From a bacterium (GTDB lineage: Bacteria; Electryoneota; Electryoneia; Electryoneales; Electryoneaceae): a DNA stretch of 64,000 nt. The stretch is taken from contig OY769902.1 in the NCBI GenBank assembly GCA_963669175.1, positions 4,505,081-4,569,080 of the forward strand, in the 5' to 3' direction. The position numbers and the translations under genes were made by a program. Of the stretch, positions 18,060 to 28,476 are shown piece by piece. The notes under the pieces are model-generated. The model ran no database searches. It was not told the origin of the DNA and saw only the letters and a program-made list of their open reading frames with translations. Within the stretch, counting starts at the first letter, position 1, and each line of letters begins with the position of its first letter.

Positions 18060-19649
18060 TTAACTATTCAAGATCTCTTCTACTTCTTTCTGGTCCGCAT
18101 CCATAACATATTGAATCCCACTGATATCACTTGCTATCTTGGTAAGCGAAGCGATATCATTTCTTTCAATATGTTCCAGAGCAAACTTTCGACTTCCGCA
18201 CATAAGCTGCCTCAATCCCTGTGCAAGCCGCTCGTAATAGGTATACAATCCAATGGCGCCTGTGGGTAGCTTTTTAAACTCTTCATCACCAAGTTCGTTA
18301 CGAAGGTCTGAGGCCGTGACGAAAATTTCATCGATGGAATGACCAAACCGCTCAATATATACTGGAATATCGTTGTCGCGAATGGCCTTGCCGATTGTTT
18401 TTCCAACCATGGTAGCTGCAATAGCGCTTCTTGCCATTCCGATCAGTTTCACATAAGGCGCCCCCAACGCAAGTCCTTTGAAAATCTGATCTTCAAAGGT
18501 GAAACCGCCAGCAAGCGCTAATGCTGGAATCTTCTTTCCCTTTGCTTCAAGTTGGGATGCATATTTATGCAGGAGTGAATGAAGCTCAACAACAGGCACG
18601 CCCCATTCATTCATCATTCTCCAGGGACTCATGCCGGTTCCACCGCCAGCGCCATCCACGGTGAGCAGGTCGATGTTGTATTTACTTGCATAACTGATCG
18701 CGCGTGCCAAGTCAGCAGGACGATAGGCGCCGGTTTTCAGGAACACGTATTTGGCTCCAGCTTTGCGAAGCTCTTCGACACGCTTTGCGAAATCTTCCTC
18801 GTTGACCATGCCGATACGTGAGTGGCGTTCAAATTCCTTGAAGGCGCCTTTCTTGAAAGCTTCGATAACCTTGGGATCTGTGGGGTTCGGCAAGACAACG
18901 TAACCGCGTTCATATAGCAGTTGTGCTTTTTTTAGATCCTTGATCTTTACTTCACCGCCAATGTCTTTTGCCCCCTGCCCCCATTTTAACTCGACAATCT
19001 CAACCCCTAACTCCTGGATGGCATATTCTTGAACCCCCAGACGAGTGTCCTCAACATTCGCTTGTACAATTGTCGCACCATAGCCATCAATTTGATGATC
19101 CTGGAAAAGTTTAACGCGACGTTTCAAGTCGACAGTATCCACAACTTTGCCATTCTTGATTACAGTTTGCGGATCCATTCCAGCAACGTTCTCACCAATC
19201 GTCAGTCCAGTACCGGCTAACGCTGTTCCAATAGCAAGTCCTTCCCAATTATTCTTCGCAACATCTGTCGAACCAATACCAGGGATGATCCAGGGATAGC
19301 GGAATTTGATTCCATTATCCCCGCCAAAGTGGACTTCAAGGTTTACATTTGGGAAAATGGCCTTATCGCTATCAGCTTCAATTCCCACTGCCCCAACAGC
19401 TGTCCCCATGATATTGAAATGTGAATAGTCAACGGGGTAATCCTTTTCGCTCGCAGTCGTAATCACTCCAAAAGGTTGCGGATAGATCACTTCGTGTCCA
19501 CGATACGCTGACTTTCCAATTTCGCACATGCCTATGCAACCATCGACGCAAGTAACGCACATTCCTGAAATGGGCGTGATAGAACCTTCAGTCCTGTTTT
19601 TCGTCAGGGTTGCAGCGGACCTGTTTACTTTGGTTAAGCTTTCGGACAT
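18060..19649 (-). CDS. glutamate-synthase large-subunit domain-2 homologue (FMN-binding, archaeal-type GltB-like) with N-terminal Cys cluster
   Basis: TVDGAGGGTGMSP (GxGGTG FMN-domain signature). N-terminal CVTCVDGCIGMCE cluster. Confidence 0.75.
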   Translation of the reverse strand: MSESLTKVNRSAATLTKNRTEGSITPISGMCVTCVDGCIGMCEIGKSAYRGHEVIYPQPFGVITTASEKDYPVDYSHFNIMGTAVGAVGIEADSDKAIFPNVNLEVHFGGDNGIKFRYPWIIPGIGSTDVAKNNWEGLAIGTALAGTGLTIGENVAGMDPQTVIKNGKVVDTVDLKRRVKLFQDHQIDGYGATIVQANVEDTRLGVQEYAIQELGVEIVELKWGQGAKDIGGEVKIKDLKKAQLLYERGYVVLPNPTDPKVIEAFKKGAFKEFERHSRIGMVNEEDFAKRVEELRKAGAKYVFLKTGAYRPADLARAISYASKYNIDLLTVDGAGGGTGMSPWRMMNEWGVPVVELHSLLHKYASQLEAKGKKIPALALAGGFTFEDQIFKGLALGAPYVKLIGMARSAIAATMVGKTIGKAIRDNDIPVYIERFGHSIDEIFVTASDLRNELGDEEFKKLPTGAIGLYTYYERLAQGLRQLMCGSRKFALEHIERNDIASLTKIASDISGIQYVMDADQKEVEEILNS

Positions 19650-19662
19650 CGTGCACCTCTCC

Positions 19663-20367
19663 TTATCTCTGGGTAGTATTCTTTTCTTTCTCTAACTCGG
19701 CGATTTCGCAGGCTACACAAGGACTCATGTAGCACATCATATCGTGGAAACGCTCTTCTTCGATGCATGGGACCTGGATGTTGGCACAACCGCCGCAAAT
19801 CGCCTTATCCGGTTCATTGTAAGTGCAACGGAGTTGACATGCGGGACAGACATAGATACAGCCGCCGCATAATCGGCACTTCTCCGATTTCATGTCGAAA
19901 GGCGTATTGATTCTGCGATTCTGTCCACGTCCCTGAAAGCCGATAGCTCCAGCTACCATCTGTTCTTTACACATCCGAACACACAAACCGCACAGAATGC
20001 AATCCTCATGTTCCTGGCGAAAACGCTGCTGCATTACATGGTGTTCTGCGGCAAGATCCTGGATAACTTTTGACTGAGGACAGGAAGCAAGCAGAAGCTC
20101 GATGATCATTCTCCTTGCTTTGACAACACGTTCTGAAGCAGTATGAACAATCAGTCCCTCTTCAGCGCGGTAAGTGCAAGAGGTAACCAGACGTGATTTG
20201 GGTGGTTTCCCGATTTCTACAACACACAATCTACAGGCGCCATAAGGTTCCAACCCATCCATGTGACACAGGGTTGGAATGGGAAACCCCAGGAATCTAG
20301 CGGCTTCAAGCAGTGTTGCGCCTTCTTCCACTTGTACTGGAAGACCGTTGATCTTCAAGTTGATCAT
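19663..20367 (-). CDS. 2Fe-2S plus 4Fe-4S iron-sulfur protein (NuoG/HndD N-terminal-like)
   Basis: N-terminal 2Fe-2S ferredoxin fold (C..GACRLC). Several CxxCxxCxxxC motifs (CILCGLCVRMC, CRLCGGCIYVCP). Confidence 0.7.
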   Translation of the reverse strand: MINLKINGLPVQVEEGATLLEAARFLGFPIPTLCHMDGLEPYGACRLCVVEIGKPPKSRLVTSCTYRAEEGLIVHTASERVVKARRMIIELLLASCPQSKVIQDLAAEHHVMQQRFRQEHEDCILCGLCVRMCKEQMVAGAIGFQGRGQNRRINTPFDMKSEKCRLCGGCIYVCPACQLRCTYNEPDKAICGGCANIQVPCIEEERFHDMMCYMSPCVACEIAELEKEKNTTQR

Positions 20368-23300
20368 ACTACTGACTCCACTGTAATTTCGGTTTCAGGA
20401 GCTGTTTCGCTATCTGCCGTATGAGAAGTTTGAGTGAACTCCAGGTCACAACGGAGACACCGTAACGCTTCGCAACGAGCTGCGTCAGGCGTGAGAGTCT
20501 TCTCTACCTCTTCAAAACTGGTCCTGCGTTTTTCTGCTTCCGTTCTCTCAGGTTCGGAACGTTCAGCGAGGCGCTCGTCAATCTCCTCTTGCGGCAAGGG
20601 TTCCACATAAATTCCAGGTATCTTTCGAATCCCCTGCTGCCAGAGTTCTTCCTGATTCAGGTAACGTTCAATCATCAATGCCGCTTTTTTTCCGGCGGCA
20701 ATGGCATCGACCACCGTGTTTGGTCCAGTGACTACATCTCCACCGGCGAAAACCCCTGGTCTGCTGCATGCCAGTGTGTTCTGATCCACATCCAGAGTGC
20801 CCCATTCGGTCAGCCGTAATTCCGGTTCACCTGAAGGTGATATCGAGTCTGTGTCAGGTTGTTCACTTATTGCGACGATAAGTGTATCCACCGGAAGAAT
20901 AAACTCGCTGTGGGGAATAGGTACCGGACTGCGACGACCACTCTGGTCGATTTCACCCAACTTGTTTCGAATGCACTCAAGACCAACTACACCGCTACCG
21001 TCAGTTATAATCCGCGATGGTGTGACAAGTGTTTCTATTGCGATTTTTTCTTCGAAGGCAGCTTTGATCTCTTCATCGAAGGCAGGCATTTCTTCACGTG
21101 TCCGGCGATATAGAAGTGTCACTGAATCGACATCTTTCTGCCGCAGAGCGGTTCGGGCAGCGTCAAAAGCCGAGTTCCCGCCACCAATTACTGCCACTTT
21201 ACCTCGAGCCAGATTTTCACCCTTTACATTGAATGTCTTCAGGAATTCAATTGAAGGGTAAACACCTTCGCTGTCTTCGCCTTCTAATCGAAGTCTGCGG
21301 TCTTTCTGCGCACCGAGAGCGACAAAAATAGCTTTGTAATCATCGTCGAACAGCTTGTTGATTGTGATATCCTTGCCGAGTGTAGTATTGCAATTGATTG
21401 TAAGATTGGGATTCATTAAACTTGTGATTTCTTTTTCCAGAGTTTCCCGGGGAAGTCTGTAGGATGGAATACAACTGAACATCATACCGCCAGGTTTCTC
21501 ATCCGATTCGAATACTGTTACGGGATAGCCCTTCAATGACAGTAAATGGGCAGCGGTTAACCCAGCTGGTCCAGCCCCGATCACGGCCACTTTTTCCTCT
21601 TTTTTCTCAGGCGAGATCTCAGGTTTGTAAAGGGATGGATCCGTATTGTCTGTTATGAAACGTTTCAAAGCGCGAATGGCCACAGGAGATGTTCCGGTTT
21701 TCCCAAGTTTGCAGGAATCTTCGCATTTATGATCGCAGACTCTTGCACAAACCGACGGGAAAGGATTTGTCTCACGTATGGTTAGATACGCTTCATCATA
21801 TTCGCCCCGCGCAATGTGTGCAATGTAGCGCCAGGCTTCTGTATTGATCGGGCATGCCGCCTCGCAAGGCGCACCGACCAGCTCTGCGCATACACCCGCC
21901 CTGCAACGCTTATCAACAATATGTTCGATATATTCATTCCGGAAATACTTGAGTGTGGATAGCACTGGATTGGATGCTGTTTGTCCCAGACCGCACATTG
22001 TCGTATCTGCGACAACATGGGCAAGCTCCTCCAGCAAATCCAGCATGTCAAGTGTGCCTCTGCCTTCAGTGATATCTTCCAGGATTTCATACATTCTTTG
22101 TGTGCCCTTGCGGCAGGTATAACATTTACCGCACGATTCTTCTTTAAGAAAACCCATATAGTACTTGGCGATGTCAACCATACACGATTTGTCGTCCATA
22201 ACAATCATGCCGCCTGATCCCATGATCGATCCGACTTTTGCAAGCGAATCATAATCAATAGGAAGGTCGAACATGCTTGCGGGTATGCACCCTCCAGACG
22301 GACCACCCGTCTGAACAGCTTTGATTTGTGATTTTCCTACCGGACCACCACCAATATCATAGACTATTTCTTTGATTGTAGTTCCCATAGGTACTTCAAC
22401 AAGACCGGTATTCTTTATTTTTCCGACAAGGCTGAATATCTTAGTGCCGGAATTACCCGGCACACCGACTTTTGCAAACTCATCGGCTCCTTTACTAATT
22501 ATAACGGGTATGTTGGAAAGTGTTTCGACATTGTTAATGCACGTCGGTTTTCCCCATAACCCCTTTTGTACTGGATAAGGAGGCCGTTGTTTCGGTTCAC
22601 CAATTCTACCTTCAATTGATGCAATCAAAGCGGTCTCTTCACCACAGACAAAAGCGCCAGCGCCTTTGATAATCTCAATATTGAAATCGACATTCTTATT
22701 CAGAATGTTTTTTCCAAGAAGCCCCCGATCTGTCGCCTGTCGTATTGCAATCATCGCATGTTTGACTGCAAGTGGGTATTCGCTTCTTACGTAAATGATA
22801 CCTTTGGTAGCCCCTATTGCTATGCCACCAATTATCATTCCCTCAAGTACTGCATGGGGATTTCCTTCCAGAAGACTACGATCCATGTAAGCACCTGGAT
22901 CGCCTTCATCAGCATTGCAAATCAGGTATTTTTGACAACCTGTTTTCCCTGATTTTGACGCGAGTTCCCATTTCTTTCCGGTTGGGAATCCTCCCCCCCC
23001 ACGTCCTCGCAGTCCTGAACTCAACACTTCTTCAATAATCCATTGTGGATTATCCTTCATTAAAACTTTCGCAAGCGCCTGGTACCCTCCCAGCTTGATA
23101 TAATCATATATCCTGATAGGATCTATCTTCTCATTTTTTCCGAGTATTGTGCGTTTCTGCTTCTTGAAGAATGGTATATCTGCCTGATTCTTATGAAAAT
23201 CATGGTATTCTGATTCTCGATAGAGAAGTTCTTCAATCACTCTCCCATCAAGAGCCGCCTCAATAACGCGGGATATATCTTTGTTTTTCAGCCTGGGATA

Positions 23301-23573
23301 CAGGTTTCTACCAGGTTCTACAAGAATGAAAGGATCCATTTCACAGAATCCCTGGCAGCCTGTAATCCGAAGTGATATTTTCTCTTGAATGTTGTGTTCA
23401 AGGATGTACTTCTTGATTATCCTGATCGTATCCCCTGCTCCACTTGCTTTCCCCCCGGTGCCAGCACATACAACCAGAACAGGTTTTGTACCATTGAGGT
23501 TGTTTGAAAATTGTTTAGCAAAGCTCAGGAATTCTTCTACTGATGACAGCTTAGGCATTTCGCTACTCCGCAC
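20364..23573 (-). CDS. NuoF-like NADH-binding FMN/4Fe-4S flavoprotein fused to GltD-like FAD/NAD(P) oxidoreductase (1069 aa)
   Basis: N-terminal thioredoxin-like 2Fe-2S segment. GGGGFPTGKKW FMN site. ESCGKCYTCRKG 4Fe-4S. Two ferredoxin CxxC clusters. VAVIGAGPAGLTAAHLL and VAVIGGGNSAFDAART dinucleotide folds. Confidence 0.75.
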   Translation of the reverse strand: MRSSEMPKLSSVEEFLSFAKQFSNNLNGTKPVLVVCAGTGGKASGAGDTIRIIKKYILEHNIQEKISLRITGCQGFCEMDPFILVEPGRNLYPRLKNKDISRVIEAALDGRVIEELLYRESEYHDFHKNQADIPFFKKQKRTILGKNEKIDPIRIYDYIKLGGYQALAKVLMKDNPQWIIEEVLSSGLRGRGGGGFPTGKKWELASKSGKTGCQKYLICNADEGDPGAYMDRSLLEGNPHAVLEGMIIGGIAIGATKGIIYVRSEYPLAVKHAMIAIRQATDRGLLGKNILNKNVDFNIEIIKGAGAFVCGEETALIASIEGRIGEPKQRPPYPVQKGLWGKPTCINNVETLSNIPVIISKGADEFAKVGVPGNSGTKIFSLVGKIKNTGLVEVPMGTTIKEIVYDIGGGPVGKSQIKAVQTGGPSGGCIPASMFDLPIDYDSLAKVGSIMGSGGMIVMDDKSCMVDIAKYYMGFLKEESCGKCYTCRKGTQRMYEILEDITEGRGTLDMLDLLEELAHVVADTTMCGLGQTASNPVLSTLKYFRNEYIEHIVDKRCRAGVCAELVGAPCEAACPINTEAWRYIAHIARGEYDEAYLTIRETNPFPSVCARVCDHKCEDSCKLGKTGTSPVAIRALKRFITDNTDPSLYKPEISPEKKEEKVAVIGAGPAGLTAAHLLSLKGYPVTVFESDEKPGGMMFSCIPSYRLPRETLEKEITSLMNPNLTINCNTTLGKDITINKLFDDDYKAIFVALGAQKDRRLRLEGEDSEGVYPSIEFLKTFNVKGENLARGKVAVIGGGNSAFDAARTALRQKDVDSVTLLYRRTREEMPAFDEEIKAAFEEKIAIETLVTPSRIITDGSGVVGLECIRNKLGEIDQSGRRSPVPIPHSEFILPVDTLIVAISEQPDTDSISPSGEPELRLTEWGTLDVDQNTLACSRPGVFAGGDVVTGPNTVVDAIAAGKKAALMIERYLNQEELWQQGIRKIPGIYVEPLPQEEIDERLAERSEPERTEAEKRRTSFEEVEKTLTPDAARCEALRCLRCDLEFTQTSHTADSETAPETEITVESVV

Positions 23574-23599
23574 AGGTTGGTGTAAAAAAAATGAATGAT

Positions 23600-24448
23600 C
23601 TATAGATCAAGTACATGTCCCTTGCAGCCTTTCCTGGGGCAAATTTGAACAATGCCACCGCTGGAAACACTCATAAGAACCATGGGAACACCGCACTCCG
23701 GGCAGTTGACAGATCCTAATAATTCAGAATGACAATGTGGGCAAAAGAAATTGACGACCTTATCATCGGGAATTTCATACTCTGCTTCAGTTTTGTAGCT
23801 GCCATATAGACTCGATAATCGAAGCCATCCATGTTTATTTGCAAACGACACACTTACCCAAATCGCGGGATAACCATCCATGAAATGTTCAGGTGTCATT
23901 AAACTGTGGTTGCAGCGAGAGCAATTGACATTAATCGGAAATATCTTTTCGTCTGTTCCGGTATCCATTGCATCATACCCATTTTTTGTCACATCAATAA
24001 TTTCTTTAACCTTTTTGACATTTACCTGTGAAAAATAATGACCATCCACCACGACTACCGGGCCAAGGGCGCATGCACCAAGACAGTTTACTGTTTCCAG
24101 TGAAAATTCATTGTCTGCAGTTGTTTCGCCAGCTTTAATTCCCAGCTTCTTGGAAAACTCTTCAGCGATTGCGGAACCACCGCGTACATGACAAGCCGTT
24201 CCAAGACAAACTGAGCACTGATGTCTTCCACGCGGAGTCAGGCTGAAAGATTTGTAGAATGTGGCAACTCCGAAAATATCTACCAGTGAGTGCCCAGTCT
24301 CTTCTGAGACACTCTCCAGTACTTCGCGTGGCAAATACCCATACCTCGCTTGAACTTCCTCGAGAATCCCTATCAGCCCGCCTTGATCGCTTCTATACTT
24401 ATCTGTCAGCTCCTTCACATAGTCCAACGAAATGGTAGTTTTATCCAT
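23600..24448 (-). CDS. NuoE-like 2Fe-2S (24-kDa subunit family) protein with C-terminal Cys-pair extension
   Basis: CSVCLGTACHVRG...NCLGACALGP motif. C-terminal CSRCNH/CPHCHS/CPECG pairs. Confidence 0.7.
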   Translation of the reverse strand: MDKTTISLDYVKELTDKYRSDQGGLIGILEEVQARYGYLPREVLESVSEETGHSLVDIFGVATFYKSFSLTPRGRHQCSVCLGTACHVRGGSAIAEEFSKKLGIKAGETTADNEFSLETVNCLGACALGPVVVVDGHYFSQVNVKKVKEIIDVTKNGYDAMDTGTDEKIFPINVNCSRCNHSLMTPEHFMDGYPAIWVSVSFANKHGWLRLSSLYGSYKTEAEYEIPDDKVVNFFCPHCHSELLGSVNCPECGVPMVLMSVSSGGIVQICPRKGCKGHVLDL

Positions 24449-24500
24449 CTGCGTCCCCTAGTTGTAAGGATTCCGGGTTTCAGCTCATCCGACTTTGTAG

Positions 24501-24812
24501 TTACTCGTACAGTTCACAGTACCAGACTCCTCCGGTCTTTTGCGCGTGTACACAAGTCGCAGCATGCAAACAGTTAATGCATAGTCCCATGAGATGATCA
24601 TGGTATTCGACTTTGGGACGTTTTTCGGGGGGGCGTGGGAAAGGTTTGGAAGGTGGATTTTGGTAATCATCAAATTCTTCGCAGAACCAAATCGCTGTTC
24701 CGCTCATGATCCTGAAGGCACAGCCCTCGAAATGAATGCATGTTGCGCAGATACCATAGCTTCTCTCGGTTTCTACTTGCTCGATTGCTTCCATGATGCC
24801 CTCCAATGTCAC
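24501..24812 (-). CDS. small Cys-rich protein (103 aa), first gene of the redox operon
   Basis: CATCIHFEGC, CEEF, CINCLHAATC, YCELYE. Positioned 136 nt downstream of the sigma-54 promoter. Confidence 0.4.
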   Translation of the reverse strand: MTLEGIMEAIEQVETERSYGICATCIHFEGCAFRIMSGTAIWFCEEFDDYQNPPSKPFPRPPEKRPKVEYHDHLMGLCINCLHAATCVHAQKTGGVWYCELYE

Positions 24813-24957
24813 TTATAGAACTGTAGAACGTTTCTACAGTCCCTGTACCATCTCAGCACCCTCGAACAAGAAGACATTTGAAGAGTGATCCATGGGCAAA
24901 GATCTTTCAAATCTCAAGTCCTGCTCGGGGTGCTTGAGCGGTACCTAAGTGCTAATT

Positions 24958-24974
24958 GGGCAAAGGATGTGCCA
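24958..24974 (-). promoter_or_regulatory. sigma-54 promoter TGGCAC-N5-TTGC
   Basis: The minus strand reads TGGCACATCCTTTGCCC, a perfect consensus oriented toward the redox operon. A sigma-54 response regulator is encoded immediately upstream. Confidence 0.55.
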
Positions 24975-25200
24975 TTTAAAGGCGAATAGTTGTCATTCGT
25001 ATTTCAAGACTGCCATAAGCTTTACGTGCAGTAACTCAGGAAGATACGAGTCCTTCTTCTGCACAGTATTGCAGGATAAAAGAAATCTGACCTGAAAAAT
25101 GGGGCGTTTTACCCCGCCGGGGAATATCACCCCGTCATTCGAAATGAAATCTGGTACATCTGAGGTCAGAGAAAAGAAGGTTAACTGGCTGGAATCGAAA

Positions 25201-26562
25201 TCAATCGTTATTCTGGTTTCTTTTTATTTTCTCCCGCAGGGTCTTTCTGTCTATTCCAAGAATTTGTGCCGCTTTGGACTTATTGCCCTGGACTCCTTCA
25301 AGGACGCGCCTTATGTGTTCGGTTTCCAGTTCTGCAAGAGAACACCATTCACTCGCATTCACACAAGGGGAAAATCTCATCAATGAGGGAAGATCCGAAC
25401 TCTCTATGCGATCAGAATCCGTCATTACAATTAGTCTTGTTATAATATTCTCGAGTTCTCGGACATTCCCTGGCCAGGAATAACTCTTTAATGCCTGTAA
25501 GGCATTATCTGAAAACACAGGTGCAGGTTTTTCCATCTCCCGAGAAGATTTCTGAGCGAAATGCTTAATTAGCAATAGAATATCATCTCCCCTGTCACGA
25601 AGTGCCGGGACTGAAATCGTTAGTACATTTAACCTGAAAAACAGGTCTTCCCTGAATTTTCCCGATTTTACAAGCGCCTGAAGGTCTCTATTGGTAGCTG
25701 CAATAATTTTGATGTCGACTTTAATACTCCGATTGGATCCAATCATTCTTACTTCTTTGTCTTGCAGGACTCTCAAGAGTTTAACCTGCAAGTGCATACT
25801 GAGTTCACTGATTTCGTCAAGAAAAATCGTCCCGCCATCTGCAGTTTGAAAAAAACCTGCACGCGACCCGGTAGCCCCTGTGAAAGACCCCTTTACATGC
25901 CCAAAAAGTTCACTCTCGAGTAGACCATCAGGAATACCGCCACAATTCACCGGGACAAATGCTTTGGATGCACGTGCGCTGTGATAGTGTATTGCACGCG
26001 CAACGAGTTCTTTGCCAGTGCCACTTTCGCCGGTTACCAGTACAGTCGCAATACTTCCCGCCGATTTTCTTATTGGTTTATAAACATCCTGCATCGCTCT
26101 AGATTCACCAATAATTCCGAACTGTTCGTTTCTTGAACCGGTATCGGTATCATGATTAACAATTTTACTATGTCTAAGCTTTTGAAGCGCCTTCTCTACA
26201 GAAAGAATAAGCTCTTCATCAGTAAATGGTTTAGCAAGGTATCCTTCAGCGCCGTTCTTTATTGCTTCAACTGCTCCATTTATTGTCGCATATCCTGTTA
26301 CCATTATAATCCCTGTATTCCTGCAATTATCACGCACATGTCTAACGAGCTCAAAACCGCTGGTCCCGGGCATTCTATAATCGGTAATAACAAGATCGAT
26401 TACCTTTGTGTCCAGAATTTCCAGGGCATCAGAAACGCAAAAAGCAGAGCTGACAGGATACCCTTCTGCGGACAAATTTCGCTGAATTATTTCAATCGTA
26501 TCCTGTGAATCATCAACAACAAGTATGTTTTCCTTTTTACTTGCTTTATCCATCTTGATCAT
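25201..26562 (-). CDS. sigma-54-dependent two-component response regulator (NtrC family)
   Basis: REC domain (VVDDSQ..., ITDYRMPG). Walker A VLVTGESGTGKELVA. GSFTGA. C-terminal HTH AAQILGIDRKTLREKIKR. Confidence 0.85.
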   Translation of the reverse strand: MIKMDKASKKENILVVDDSQDTIEIIQRNLSAEGYPVSSAFCVSDALEILDTKVIDLVITDYRMPGTSGFELVRHVRDNCRNTGIIMVTGYATINGAVEAIKNGAEGYLAKPFTDEELILSVEKALQKLRHSKIVNHDTDTGSRNEQFGIIGESRAMQDVYKPIRKSAGSIATVLVTGESGTGKELVARAIHYHSARASKAFVPVNCGGIPDGLLESELFGHVKGSFTGATGSRAGFFQTADGGTIFLDEISELSMHLQVKLLRVLQDKEVRMIGSNRSIKVDIKIIAATNRDLQALVKSGKFREDLFFRLNVLTISVPALRDRGDDILLLIKHFAQKSSREMEKPAPVFSDNALQALKSYSWPGNVRELENIITRLIVMTDSDRIESSDLPSLMRFSPCVNASEWCSLAELETEHIRRVLEGVQGNKSKAAQILGIDRKTLREKIKRNQNND

Positions 26563-28255
26563 CCTCAGTTAACACTGGCATTTCAGTAAGCGGAAAATGA
26601 ACTTCGAAACTGGTACCCTGGCCGATTCCACTGGTCACATGGATTTTTCCGTTATGTGCAATCACAATTCCATGAACAACTGATAATCCCAACCCTGTTC
26701 CTTTGCCAACATCTTTCGTTGTATAAAATGGATTGAAAATCCTGTCCCTGCTACTCTTGGTCATTCCTATACCGGAATCAATAACTTTCAGGACCAGATC
26801 GCCTTCAGACTCGTATGTTCGAATCGCCAGTTGTCCCCCATCCGGCATCGCCTGAATCCCATTAACGACAAGGTTGACAAGCAATTGCTTTATTTGAACA
26901 GCATCTGCATACAACCCAGGCATGCCGTCATCAAGATTCATTACAAGCTCTACATCAGAGTCATGACAACGGTTTTCCAACAATAGAATACCGTCAAGAA
27001 TGACCTCATTGAGGTTGATTATACGTTTCTCGACAGGTAATTGGCGTGCAAAAATGAGGAGCTTGCGCACAATTTCTTTAGCATGAATTGCGGAACTGAT
27101 GATCCTATCTAAATCATGTTTTGTTTCCAGGCCCAGATCTGGCGCTTTTATTGCCAGTTGTGCAAAACCCAGAATGCCGCCAAGAGGTTCGTTGATTTCG
27201 TGCGCCACGCCAGCCGCTAGATTTCCTACTGTTGAGAGCCGGTCTGCGTGTAAAAGCTGCTCTTGCAGGACGAGTCTTTCATTTTCTGTCTCATCACGAT
27301 TAACAATCAACGCGATTTGTCTGGCTACTTCATGGATCAACTCAACTTCTTCATTCAGGAAAGCGTTTTCAGAAAACTCCGGCATGCCCTTTAAATAGGC
27401 GACTTCCACTGAACCGCGTTTTTGTCCATTGATTATAATTCGCACAGTTTGTTGGAATTTTCCCTTTCTATACCGCGAAGACATAAACGTTTTTTCATCA
27501 AGATCTATACGTGCAACGGCTATCTCGGGAAATTGCCAGGATTCAGGCAAGATATTTACAATACGTTGAAGTCTCTCTACGATGGGCTTCTCAACTTCTT
27601 CAGCAATCTTGGCAATGCCGTATAAACACGTCAGTTCTTTTACGCGCTCCCTGAGTGCCGATTGGACACGTCTGTCTGCTATGGCCAGCCCAATCGTCTG
27701 CGCAAGATCTTCAGCGAAATCCACTTCCTGTTCCGAATTATCGATATTATTCTTCAGTACAAGTATGCCTTCATTCTGAGGATCAATGTCAAAGAAAATG
27801 ACTACATACGAGCTAAATTTGAGTTCTCCTGATGAGAGGCTTTTCAAGGAATCAAGACTCTGCAGGTGATGTAAAAGAAATCCTTTCGTGTTATTTATCC
27901 AGTAACTACCTCGACTGGTTTTTAAGGCCAATGCCGCATTTTTATCTTTATGAATGATTTCAAGTATAGCTCCCGAAATTGCATCTCCTGAAAAAGTATT
28001 GATACTATTAGGCTTTCTTGTGCATCCCTTTAAAGAACTGCTGCTGATACCATCTCGATTGACCTCCCATATGTAAGCTTTCTCGTTATCTTCAAAACGC
28101 AGTTCGATAGCATCGCAGCTTATAGAGTTAAATAGTATTGCGGAAAGTTCTTGTAGAAACGCGATTCTGGAAACGCCTGAATTTCCAAATCGAAGAATTT
28201 GCACTGATAGTTCATGCAGTTTTTTATCTGTCTTTTGGCTATCAGTCTCAATCAC
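26546..28255 (-). CDS. sensor histidine kinase with GAF-like sensory region
   Basis: H-box HEINEPLGGILGFAQL. HATPase G-boxes (GTGLGLSVVHGIV). 17-nt overlap with the response regulator gene. Confidence 0.8.
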   Translation of the reverse strand: MIETDSQKTDKKLHELSVQILRFGNSGVSRIAFLQELSAILFNSISCDAIELRFEDNEKAYIWEVNRDGISSSSLKGCTRKPNSINTFSGDAISGAILEIIHKDKNAALALKTSRGSYWINNTKGFLLHHLQSLDSLKSLSSGELKFSSYVVIFFDIDPQNEGILVLKNNIDNSEQEVDFAEDLAQTIGLAIADRRVQSALRERVKELTCLYGIAKIAEEVEKPIVERLQRIVNILPESWQFPEIAVARIDLDEKTFMSSRYRKGKFQQTVRIIINGQKRGSVEVAYLKGMPEFSENAFLNEEVELIHEVARQIALIVNRDETENERLVLQEQLLHADRLSTVGNLAAGVAHEINEPLGGILGFAQLAIKAPDLGLETKHDLDRIISSAIHAKEIVRKLLIFARQLPVEKRIINLNEVILDGILLLENRCHDSDVELVMNLDDGMPGLYADAVQIKQLLVNLVVNGIQAMPDGGQLAIRTYESEGDLVLKVIDSGIGMTKSSRDRIFNPFYTTKDVGKGTGLGLSVVHGIVIAHNGKIHVTSGIGQGTSFEVHFPLTEMPVLTEDDQDG

Positions 28256-28476
28256 GTTCCAATTCCTTTTCCTTCAGAATAGCAATCAGTCCCCTCTTTC
28301 CGAATATGTACAAAGAGAACCTGAAAATTGGACAGTAATTCGGTTGAATATTTACCTTTCTCGGTTTTTAGTCCGCCATCTTTCATGGCCGCGCGAAATA
28401 GCTATCCTGGGTGTCAACGTCATCTCCTCGAAAAAGAGATCTGTATTATTAGTCCTCGGCAGAATAGGAAAACAGT

